From assembly GCA_017467445.1 (NCBI GenBank), contig JAFTSG010000010.1, positions 25,049 to 89,048 on the forward strand: a stretch of 64,000 nucleotides of DNA, written 5' to 3'. The position numbers were made by a program, and so were the translations under genes. Every line of letters begins with the position of its first letter. Position 1 is the first letter of the stretch. Shown here piece by piece: positions 47,573 to 56,040 of the stretch. Below the pieces are notes generated by a model that saw only the letters and a program-made list of their open reading frames with translations, ran no database searches and had not been told where the DNA came from. The DNA is from Clostridia bacterium (GTDB lineage: Bacteria > Bacillota > Clostridia > RUG12999).

Positions 47573-49224
47573 TCTAAATACGAACTTTCACTTTTAGAGT
47601 GAGAGTTTGTATTTTTTTTATCTTCTTTTTCTCTGTTTTTTAAGTCTTTCTTAAACTGTAAGGCATACTTTGGAGCATAACCAGGTATCTTTAAGTTAAT
47701 GGTAATATTTAAACATACTTCTTTTTCACCAGGTACAGAAAACTCATCTATTGTAATTTTTTCAATCAGTTTATTAAACAATATTTTTAACTGTTCTCTG
47801 TCTAACTCTTGGAAATCACAATATGTAATATGCTCATAACTCATTTTTGATTGTTCTCTCAAAAAGTTTTCTTCTTTTTCAAAGTCTATGTTTTCATATA
47901 CTTTTAATGTTTCATTTTGAAAAGCAATTTGAGAAAGGACGCTATTTAATTTGTCCTTGTATGTATCAACAATCAGTTTATCATCTTCTTCAAGCATAAG
48001 ATTTAACAATTTTTCTTTTTGAGTACTTAATTTTTTTATATCACTTTTTATTTTGCTTACATCTTTTTTCTTTGCTTTAAGTGCTTCAATTCTCAATCTT
48101 AATTGTTCTTCAAATCTTTCCCTATACATATCACTTGTCAAAATCTCTTGCAACTGATAAACAACAAACTTTTCAAGTAATAATGCAGGTATATTATGCC
48201 TATTACATACAGTTTTCCCATGTCTCTTGCTACCACATTGATAGTAATATATTTTCTTCCCGGAGTTAGAAATACCAGAGGTCTGTAAATACAGATTATT
48301 ACAATTTGAACAGAACACAAGACCTGCAAGAGGGGCAGAAGATATAGCACTTCTGTCAACTTTGCTATAATCTACATTTTTTCTCTTTTTTTCCATACTC
48401 TCTTGAACTTTCTCAAAATCTTCCTTTGATATTATTGGAGTATGTGTATTGGGTATAACTAACCACTCATTTTGAGGGTTATATTTTTTGCCACTACCCT
48501 CAGGTGCTCTTTTGTTATAAACTGTTATTCCAGTATATGCTTCATTTTTGAGCATACAAAGAACACTTGTTTTAGACCAAAACTTACTGTTTTTAGGTGG
48601 TTTTATTCCATTTTCATTGAGGTAATTACATATTTTTTCTGAACCCCAAGACCTATTCAAATACAAGTCAAAAATCAGTTTTATAATATTAGCCTCTTCT
48701 TCATTGACTTGTAAATGTGATTTAACCAAATTATAACCAAATGGACTTTGACCATTCCACTCTCCTTTTCTGATTTTGCTTTTTATACCTTCTTTAACTT
48801 TTACAGAGTAAATTAAAGAATAATACTCATTGATTAAAGAGTTCATATTTTTCATTAAAAAGTTTGTAGCAGGGTCTCCTTGATTGTAGTGTTGTTGCCT
48901 TGTGTAAATCAATTTAACATTATGCTTTTCACAAATGTTGCCAACAACCAAAGAATCTTCTAATTGCCTAAACATTCTGTCATCTGAGATAGCAATTATA
49001 CAATCTATACTTTTATTCAAAATATGCTCTAAAATAAACTTTCCTTGTGGTCTGTCTTTCATAGCATTTTTGTAGGCAGAAACACCACCATCAATATAGA
49101 CATTTAGTAATTCAATATCATTTTCTTGACAATATCTCCTTATCTCTTGCTCTTGTGTATCTAATGAAAAACCTTCTAAAACTTGCTCTTCTGTTGATAC
49201 TCTGCAATAACCTATTGCTTTCAT
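47551..49224 (-). CDS. large serine recombinase (resolvase/invertase N-domain, recombinase domain and zinc-ribbon domain)
   Basis: N-terminal AIGYCRVSTEEQ (catalytic Ser), ~557 aa, with a C-terminal Cys pair region (CSNC...CGSKRHGKTVC). The last 7 codons overlap the tRNA-Ser 3' end. Confidence 0.88.
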   Translation of the reverse strand: MKAIGYCRVSTEEQVLEGFSLDTQEQEIRRYCQENDIELLNVYIDGGVSAYKNAMKDRPQGKFILEHILNKSIDCIIAISDDRMFRQLEDSLVVGNICEKHNVKLIYTRQQHYNQGDPATNFLMKNMNSLINEYYSLIYSVKVKEGIKSKIRKGEWNGQSPFGYNLVKSHLQVNEEEANIIKLIFDLYLNRSWGSEKICNYLNENGIKPPKNSKFWSKTSVLCMLKNEAYTGITVYNKRAPEGSGKKYNPQNEWLVIPNTHTPIISKEDFEKVQESMEKKRKNVDYSKVDRSAISSAPLAGLVFCSNCNNLYLQTSGISNSGKKIYYYQCGSKRHGKTVCNRHNIPALLLEKFVVYQLQEILTSDMYRERFEEQLRLRIEALKAKKKDVSKIKSDIKKLSTQKEKLLNLMLEEDDKLIVDTYKDKLNSVLSQIAFQNETLKVYENIDFEKEENFLREQSKMSYEHITYCDFQELDREQLKILFNKLIEKITIDEFSVPGEKEVCLNITINLKIPGYAPKYALQFKKDLKNREKEDKKNTNSHSKSESSYLDGGEGEI

Positions 49225-49333
49225 TTGTAATCACTCCTTGTAATAATATTTATATTATTATATATATTATATCAGTTTTGATTTTCCTTGTCTATTGATG
49301 TATTATATAAAATGTTTTATTGTTTTTTTACTC

Positions 49334-49903
49334 TTAAAACTCTTGATTTATATAGTCTTTAATTTGATTGTTAATATATCTGTTTTTTGAATTATGCTTT
49401 GTGTTCTTCAAGACATTTATTCTGTCTATAATTTCAGTTATTGAAATGTTTTCTCTAACAAAACCATTCTCCAAAAAATACATATATCTAATATCAAAAA
49501 ATCTTGCATAATAGCAAGGGTTAATGACTATATAATTATTTCTGCCTCTCTTGTAATAGTCAATTATATTATTCTGTTTTAGCACCTTTAAGCAATTATA
49601 TAAATGACCTATTGTAAATTGCATATTGTCTGCTATTTCTTGCAATGATAGGTTAATTAGGTTCAAGTCAGGTTCTATGTATCTTGAATTAACATTGACA
49701 AGCAATATAAAAAAGTTTATATATTTTCTGTCAAGTTCTGTTCTAAAAATCAAGTCATTAAGTTTAATATCAAAAATCTTCGTAAATCTTCTCTTGTCTT
49801 TATGCTCTCTGTCATTTATAAGTATTGTGTTATACCCTTTGTCCTCAATACTCTGTATTTCTTCTCTTAAATCATAATTTGTATCAATTTTACTTTTTCT
49901 CAT
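49334..49903 (-). CDS. hypothetical element protein (possible winged-helix replication/regulatory protein)
   Basis: 189 aa, basic, AT-rich codon usage; the wHTH-like segment is a weak call. Confidence 0.35.
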   Translation of the reverse strand: MRKSKIDTNYDLREEIQSIEDKGYNTILINDREHKDKRRFTKIFDIKLNDLIFRTELDRKYINFFILLVNVNSRYIEPDLNLINLSLQEIADNMQFTIGHLYNCLKVLKQNNIIDYYKRGRNNYIVINPCYYARFFDIRYMYFLENGFVRENISITEIIDRINVLKNTKHNSKNRYINNQIKDYINQEF

Positions 49904-50034
49904 TTCTCACTCCTTAACAGTTAATTTATAGTGTATGATATTATAAGCTATAGTATAGGTGTTAAATCTCATAAAATGCCATTAAAACCTTGCTTAAAGT
50001 GATTTTTAGCATTTTTTATATTCTTACTCTTGTA

Positions 50035-50457
50035 TCAGTCAATATCTGCTATGTCATAAACATTAGCACTAAATACAAAATATATCTCATTTAATGCTTG
50101 ACATTCTGAAAACATATAATCAATATTAAATATTCTCAAATATGATTGAAGAAAAGCATTGATTTCAGGTGTCCAATTTTTAACAATTAAAAGATTATTG
50201 ATAAGTGATACATCTGCATTATAGACAATTTCTGTATAGTCTGCCAATTCTTCAATAAGTTTATATTGATTTATCATTATAAACCCTTTTATGTTCTCTG
50301 CAATGCCTTTTTGTAGCAAAGAAGAAATAATATAACTGATATTAGATTGAGAGCAACCCAAACACCTTCCCATTTCTGCTTGATTAAAATTAAATGTTTT
50401 ACAGTTGAGTAGTGATATAGTTAAAATCTCACTACTATTGACAAAAAAACCACTCAT
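50035..50457 (-). CDS. hypothetical HTH-type DNA-binding protein
   Basis: HTH-like segment NQAEMGRCLGCSQSNISYIISSLLQKG. Confidence 0.35.
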   Translation of the reverse strand: MSGFFVNSSEILTISLLNCKTFNFNQAEMGRCLGCSQSNISYIISSLLQKGIAENIKGFIMINQYKLIEELADYTEIVYNADVSLINNLLIVKNWTPEINAFLQSYLRIFNIDYMFSECQALNEIYFVFSANVYDIADID

Positions 50458-50606
50458 AGAGCACCTCCAATATAAAAATATAATTTAGAGTTTATATAAA
50501 TATAAATCTCTTTATATAAGGTTTTAACATCATCTTTTTACTCTGTCAAATTAAAAACGCGCAACAAAAAAACAACCCCATTTTTTGAGGTTGCTTTGTA
50601 TGTATA

Positions 50607-51086
50607 TTAACCTTTGTAATTGTCAATTACATCTTTATCATTGCCAACAAGTCTTAAACCTTTTGTTGTCAAAAAATCTCTTAACTCTCTTTTTTTATCA
50701 GTTGGAACTTGGGAACTCTCATTGATAGAAAACCAAACACCCCTTACCTTATTCCAACTTTCAGGGTAATTTATAATGCCATAACTATTTATGTATTTCA
50801 TTAAAATATCAGGACTATTGCTATCTGTGTTTTTTATGATAGTATCAAAAGTCTTTCTTTTTGTTTTTTCAAACTTAACTGCATATAGAAAAAATGCAAC
50901 AATAGAAGAAACAAAAACAGAAAAACCAGAAATCAAAAGAAGGAGCAGACTTATTCCTACACAACCCATCACAAAATTATACTTTTTTATTTTTATAAAT
51001 ATCAAGTATTGTAAGATTACAAGTAATACTATTAAAAGTCCTGTGTTCTCCATAAAAATCAACTCCTTAGCCTTTGTAATTGTCAA
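50607..51086 (-). CDS. membrane protein with conserved C-terminal ~65-aa domain (paralog A)
   Basis: Two N-terminal TM helices. The C-terminal motif NYPESWNKVRGVWFSINESSQVPTDKKRELRDFLTTKGLRLVGNDKDVIDNYKG is shared with the adjacent gene. Confidence 0.5.
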   Translation of the reverse strand: MTITKAKELIFMENTGLLIVLLVILQYLIFIKIKKYNFVMGCVGISLLLLLISGFSVFVSSIVAFFLYAVKFEKTKRKTFDTIIKNTDSNSPDILMKYINSYGIINYPESWNKVRGVWFSINESSQVPTDKKRELRDFLTTKGLRLVGNDKDVIDNYKG

Positions 51087-51504
51087 TAATCTGTTTTTCA
51101 GAATTGTTTAATCTTAACCCATTGGTTATAAGATAATCTCGCAATTCTTTTTTCTTTGCAGTTGAAACATTGGAGCATTCATTTACAATAAACCATACAC
51201 CCTTAATTTGGTTCCATTGCTCAGGGTGGTTAAAGAACCCCCATTGTTTCACATAAGTTAGAAACATATCAACTGAACCATTATTGGTTGTTTTTGAAAC
51301 CATTTCACATTTTGCTTTTAAGACCTTTTTGAATTTTAATGTGTAGATGCCATAAGCAGGAATTCCTATTATGAACACAGGGAAAAGAACACACATAACA
51401 ACAAAAGCATAATTTTGTTTTTTTACTGCTACCATTATTCTGTAAATAGCATAAAACCCCACACCTACGGCAATAGCACCAGATAAATTACTTAAAAACT
51501 CCAT
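51067..51504 (-). CDS. membrane protein with conserved C-terminal ~65-aa domain (paralog B)
   Basis: Two TM helices. The C-terminus NHPEQWNQIKGVWFIVNECSNVSTAKKKELRDYLITNGLRLNNSEKQIIDNYKG has ~50% identity to paralog A over that domain. It overlaps paralog A's start by 20 nt. Confidence 0.5.
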   Translation of the reverse strand: MEFLSNLSGAIAVGVGFYAIYRIMVAVKKQNYAFVVMCVLFPVFIIGIPAYGIYTLKFKKVLKAKCEMVSKTTNNGSVDMFLTYVKQWGFFNHPEQWNQIKGVWFIVNECSNVSTAKKKELRDYLITNGLRLNNSEKQIIDNYKG

Positions 51505-51621
51505 ATAATCAACTCCATAATTTATTACATTTTCAAAAACTTCCGTGTTAAGGTAGTTTTGTTTAATTATACACCATAAACAATGATTTGTAAATAGTTT
51601 ATAATTAAATACATAAAATAA

Positions 51622-51891
51622 TTGTTGAAAAAGGTGTATTTAATGGACTATTACAATGAAAAAGAATATCAATTATTTATCATAAAAGTAGGGTTAAAAG
51701 TTGGTTATTACAGAAGATTGGCAAATATGACACAAGAGGAATTGAGTGAGTGTAGTGGTATGTCATTAAACTTTATTTCTCAACTTGAAGGACCAAGTGC
51801 CCCTTATGTGCCTTCTCTTAAATCTCTCTATAAAATAAGCAAGGTTTTAGGTGTTCCAGTTTCTAAACTGACAGATGTTGATAATGATTAA
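51622..51891 (+). CDS. XRE-family HTH regulator (89 aa)
   Basis: Classic HTH_3: MTQEELSECSGMSLNFISQLE. It is divergent from the membrane-protein pair. Confidence 0.6.
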   Translation: MLKKVYLMDYYNEKEYQLFIIKVGLKVGYYRRLANMTQEELSECSGMSLNFISQLEGPSAPYVPSLKSLYKISKVLGVPVSKLTDVDND

Positions 51892-51918
51892 AAGACTGCT
51901 CAAACAAGAGTAGTCTTT

Positions 51919-52920
51919 TTAACTATACAGATATATTTTCTTTAAGTCCTGTCTTTCTCCACTATGTGATAAATGCCTTTGTATAACAAAGGTTTCTGCT
52001 TTTTCTCTGCTCCAACCATTTGAAACATAATACTCAACTGCAAGTTGGCAATGATATTTTCTAAACTCATGATTTTTACCACTTTCTGCAATTCCTAATT
52101 CTTTGGTTATTCTTCTTATCTCATTGCTCATTGTAAGTCTTGCCATTTTCTCATTTTTAGGTAAATCAAAGACTTTTTCTGTTGATTGCTTACCTTTTAT
52201 CAATTCTTGAAAAAATGACCTATACTGTGGCAAAATAGGTCTGTAAGACAATTTCCCACCCTTGCCAATGATTTTTACTGTGTTGTAGGTGTCAATCTTG
52301 CCATCTTTTGTTGTAGTTGTGTAGATATGTTTTGTTATGTTTATATCTTCTGCTTTTATGCCTATCATCTCAAACACCCTACAACCAAGAAAACACATAC
52401 ATTTTATCTCTGCTTGTCTTTTGCTTTCAAAATTATAAATCTTTTCTATTTGCTCATTGGTGTATAATCTGCTTGAATTAGTTTTATAGGTGTCTACCAC
52501 TTTATGAGTTCTTACATCTTCTGTATAAAACCCTTGTATGTGAAACTTTTGAGAACAAGCAAGAGAAATCTTTTCAAGAGCATTTTTATAGGCACTTATG
52601 GTTTTACTGCTACAACCTTGTTTTGTGTCTAAAAATGCTATGCACATTTGAGGGGTTATATCTCTAACCATTTTGACATTGTAGGTCTCTTTTAAAAACT
52701 TTGTAAAGGCTTTTGATTTCTCTGTTATATTCTCTGCACTCCTTTTACTGAAAATATAGTTAATGCTTGTCTTGTTCTGCTTAAACTCTCTTTTGCCTAC
52801 TGTCTTGTAATGGGTGTTGTTTTCTTTGTTAAAAATCTCTGTTCTTTTGTCTTTGTCTTGTAGGTTGATTTCTGCCAATGCACTATGTATTTGAAAGCCT
52901 AAACTTTTTGATTTTCCCAT
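51919..52920 (-). CDS. tyrosine-type site-specific recombinase/integrase
   Basis: Catalytic-motif candidates: R (LGCRVFEMIGIKAEDI), K (IIGKGGK), H-x-x-R (NHEFRKYH), H (RHLSHSGER) and a C-terminal Tyr (KKIYLYS). Confidence 0.72.
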   Translation of the reverse strand: MGKSKSLGFQIHSALAEINLQDKDKRTEIFNKENNTHYKTVGKREFKQNKTSINYIFSKRSAENITEKSKAFTKFLKETYNVKMVRDITPQMCIAFLDTKQGCSSKTISAYKNALEKISLACSQKFHIQGFYTEDVRTHKVVDTYKTNSSRLYTNEQIEKIYNFESKRQAEIKCMCFLGCRVFEMIGIKAEDINITKHIYTTTTKDGKIDTYNTVKIIGKGGKLSYRPILPQYRSFFQELIKGKQSTEKVFDLPKNEKMARLTMSNEIRRITKELGIAESGKNHEFRKYHCQLAVEYYVSNGWSREKAETFVIQRHLSHSGERQDLKKIYLYS

Positions 52921-53644
52921 AAATACCCCCTTTTTACTGTCATATTTCTTAAAAAATACAAGAAATATGATTTTTTACATTTTTTCTGATTATATTTTAA
53001 TTTTATTCTTTTAATTTCAATTTTTTCTGCTCTCTAAAAAGTGTTTAGGTTTAAGCACCTAACCACTTTTTATACGTAGAATATGGTATAATAAAATCAG
53101 CTTTTTTATTATACCATATTTCCATAAAAAAAAGACAAGGTTTGCTCCTTGCCTTAATCTGTTCTGTTGTGAGAAAAACTGCCTTTTTACTTTTATTGTT
53201 TAGTATGCTTAAAAGCACATAGGACATATAAGAACAAGTCCCAAAAATAAAAGTATATATAATCACTTTGAAAGTGTTAAAAAGGGTTTTATTTTCCTTA
53301 TCTTCATTTTGTCAGTAGTCAATGTCTATGTAGGAAGAAAAAAGGCAAAAAAGACAGTTTTTCAATCTGTAAATAAAAATATAAGTCTTTCAATTATAAC
53401 TATCTTTTGATAATTCAAATCTATAATGAGTTAAGGAGTTCTGCTCCTTATATGCAATCTGTTAGTTGGTATAATAATTGGAGTGATACTCTTTATATTA
53501 TACCAACCAACAAAAACTCCTTTTTTATTTGTAAATTAAATTAAGTTATTGTAAGAGTACAACTCATCTAATTTAAAACCTCTTCTCAAATATAGTTTTT
53601 TACAGTAGTTTGGAATATAAATAAAAAACTCGGAAATAGTAGGG

Positions 53645-53705
53645 AGTTGCCCTTCTCCGCCACCAAAAAGCAAGCACATTTGTGCTTGTTTTTTGGTTTT
53701 TGAAA
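53645..53705 (+). repeat. copy 1 of a tandem ~60-bp repeat carrying a 13-bp tRNA-Ser 3'-end fragment plus a hairpin
   Basis: CCCTTCTCCGCCACCAAAAAGCAAGCACATTTGTGCTTGTTTTTTGGTTTTTGAAAGGAA is nearly identical to 53866-53926. Confidence 0.6.
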
Positions 53706-53855
53706 GGAATTTGAACTCGAGCGCCGAAGGCGCGGGCTTTGAAACCGAGCGCTGCCTGCGGCAGAAGAAGCGAGGATGAAAAGGGAGAAAATAACGAGCA
53801 TATGCCCTGTGCCACTGTGCGCGGGACATATGCGACTATATTTTCGAGTGGGTAT

Positions 53856-53926
53856 TTCAAATCTCTCCTTCTCCGCCACCAAAAAGCAAGCACATTTGTG
53901 CTTGCTTTTTTGGTTTTTGGAAGGGA
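53856..53926 (+). repeat. attR: 23-bp direct repeat of the tRNA-Ser 3' end, then copy 2 of the ~60-bp repeat
   Basis: TTCAAATCTCTCCTTCTCCGCCA followed by CCAAAAAGCAAGCACATTTGTGCTTGCTTTTTTGGTTTTTGGAAGGGA. Confidence 0.65.
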
Positions 53927-53999
53927 TAAAAATGTGTAATTTAGTTACTATTTAGATTGCATTTGACATAAATTTATGCTATAATTAAAATGGTGTATG

Positions 54000-54530
54000 T
54001 TTTAATAATCTAATAGCAGGAAGTCGTGTGCTATTATGAACAGTTTTTTGGTGCGCTTGTTACTGAAAAGGTTCGTTCGCTTGGCGCAAAACTTGTAAAT
54101 AAAAACGGCGAAGTGTTTATTCATCCGCTTGAAATACGTGATGTTACAGCGACTTCTATTATCCGTGAATGTTCAGAAAAAATAAAGACATAGATACAGG
54201 AAATGGAAAAGCTATATAGCTTGATACACCTAGATAGAAAAATCGGCTGGAAGGAACTATTGAAACGAGCATCCCTGCAATGATGCGTATCTTTGGAGAA
54301 TACGGAATAGACATTCGTAAAAAACATATTTTGGTGCAGGCGAAGCTGTTGGGGGAATTCACGGTAAAAACAAACTTATGGGTAACTCGCTGCTTGATAT
54401 CATAGTATTCGGCAGAAATGTAGGTAAAAATACTGCAGCTAAGGCTAAAGATGTTAAGGTAGTAAACTCTCGCTTTTACATATTGAGAAGTATGAAAAAG
54501 AAATTACACACGCCGTTATCGACACCCAAA
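54000..54530 (+). pseudogene. decayed remnant of an FAD-dependent fumarate reductase/succinate dehydrogenase flavoprotein-like (FrdA/SdhA/NadB family) gene
   Basis: Three different frames carry colinear fragments: ...GAKLVNKNGEVFIHPLEIRDV..., ...GTIETSIPAMMRIFGEYGIDIRKK..., and YFGAGEAVGGIHGKNKLMGNSLLDIIVFGRNVGK, which matches the conserved C-terminal HGANRLGGNSLLD..VFGR motif. There are multiple stops and frameshifts and the total is <0.6 kb. Confidence 0.5.
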
Positions 54531-54590
54531 TAGTTGCACAGAAACTCTTGCCTGATTGTACAAGAAAAAACTAAGAGGAGTGATTTTGGT

Positions 54591-55823
54591 ATGACATTAT
54601 TTGGTGGCGTTGTGCATATTACAGGTGTAACATTTCTGATATTTTCTCTGATTGCTATTCTGGTAGTTGGATATGCTCTGGGAAGAATAACAATTAAAGG
54701 TGTATCATTAGGTTCGGCGGGAGTATTTATTGTTGCTTTACTGTACGGATGCTTGTTCTACAACAATCTTGACTTACAGCTTTCAGGTTTTACAGGAAAT
54801 GCATTAAAAATCCTTGAGAATCTGGGACTTGTTCTTTTTGTTACATCTGTTGGATTTATAGCAGGACCTAAGTTCTTCAGCAATATGAAGAAAAACTTTA
54901 CGTCCTATGTATTGTTGGGTCTTGTTATTATTATATCGGGAACGATAGTTGCTGTTGGATGTGTATATGTAGAAAGACTGATGGGCGAAACTGATATGGC
55001 AAAGCTTTCTGCAATTGTATCCGGATTGTTTGCCGGTGCACTTACATCAACTCCTGCGTTTTCAGCGGCAAAAGCTTCTGTAGCAAGTTCGGAAATGGAA
55101 CAGCTTGTTTCGGTGGGTTATGGTATTGCTTATATTTTTGGAGTTATAGGTGTTGTGCTGTTTGTACAGCTCGTCCCCCAAATTTTAAAGGTTAATATGG
55201 ATGAAGAAAGAAAGAAACTTGTTGTCGTTAAAAAAGCTGTATCTTCTCAAAAATCAGCAGCAAAGTTAATCGAACTTGATAATTTCGGTATTGCGCCTTT
55301 TGCAATTGCAGCATTGCTTGGAATTTTCATTGGTATGATAAAAATTCCTCTTTCGGGTGCAGGGTTGAACGGAACAACATTCTCATTGACAACAACCGGG
55401 GGATGTCTTCTGGCATCACTTGTATTTGGTCATTACGGAAAAGCAGGCAAGATAAATATTATGCCTTCTACAACAACCTTGAAAGTTTTTAGAGAATTGG
55501 GCCTTGTGCTTTTCCTTACAGGGGCAGGTGTTTCCGGTGGTGCAAGATTTGTACAGGAATTTAAAATTTGCTACTTTGTCTACGGTGTAGTAATGACCAT
55601 TTTCCCTATGATTATGGGCTTCGTTTTTGCAAAATATGTTCTTAAAATCAACATATTGAACATCCTTGGATCAATTACGGGTGGAATGACAAGTACTCCT
55701 GCATTAGGCACACTTATTCATGTTGCAGGCACAGAAGATGTTGCGGCAGCATATGCGGCTACATATCCTATCGCACTTGTTGCAGTAGTGTTTGCAGCAC
55801 AGTTTATTATTATTCTATTTTAA
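54591..55823 (+). CDS. AAE-family (YidE/YbjL/AspT-like) duplicated-repeat transporter, short form
   Basis: Two homologous halves each with a GLVLF..(V/A)G..(A/G)G..F motif. RBS aagaggag 8 nt before the ATG at 54591. Confidence 0.55.
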   Translation: MTLFGGVVHITGVTFLIFSLIAILVVGYALGRITIKGVSLGSAGVFIVALLYGCLFYNNLDLQLSGFTGNALKILENLGLVLFVTSVGFIAGPKFFSNMKKNFTSYVLLGLVIIISGTIVAVGCVYVERLMGETDMAKLSAIVSGLFAGALTSTPAFSAAKASVASSEMEQLVSVGYGIAYIFGVIGVVLFVQLVPQILKVNMDEERKKLVVVKKAVSSQKSAAKLIELDNFGIAPFAIAALLGIFIGMIKIPLSGAGLNGTTFSLTTTGGCLLASLVFGHYGKAGKINIMPSTTTLKVFRELGLVLFLTGAGVSGGARFVQEFKICYFVYGVVMTIFPMIMGFVFAKYVLKINILNILGSITGGMTSTPALGTLIHVAGTEDVAAAYAATYPIALVAVVFAAQFIIILF

Positions 55824-56040
55824 TTAGATATAAAAGAATCAGCCATAACTTAATCATAATATTGGTATAATATGGTCATAATGTTTTAAATAATTATCAT
55901 TAAAAATCCGTGTTTTTGCAAAAAACAGTTGATTTTTTTGAAAAAACGTGATATAATACTAAAGTGTTTTTAAAATGGCAGAATATTTTTTAAAAATACT
56001 TATCATTATCGCATTCTATAATTAGATTGAGGGGATATAT

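Larger units (their letters stand above)
47573..53878. mobile_element. integrative element (~6.3 kb, AT-rich) inserted at the 3' end of tRNA-Ser(GCT)
   Basis: 23-bp direct repeat TTCAAATCTCTCCTTCTCCGCCA at 47550-47572 (tRNA 3' end) and again at 53856-53878. The interior encodes a large serine recombinase, a tyrosine integrase, HTH regulators and small membrane proteins. Its composition is clearly more AT-rich than the flanks. Confidence 0.65.

Noticed and set aside
47551-49224. Possibility that the serine recombinase marks a sporulation-excised (skin-like) element interrupting spoIIR
   Set aside because: spoIIR (46702-47286) is intact and ends before the tRNA genes. The element is inserted into tRNA-Ser, not into a sporulation gene.
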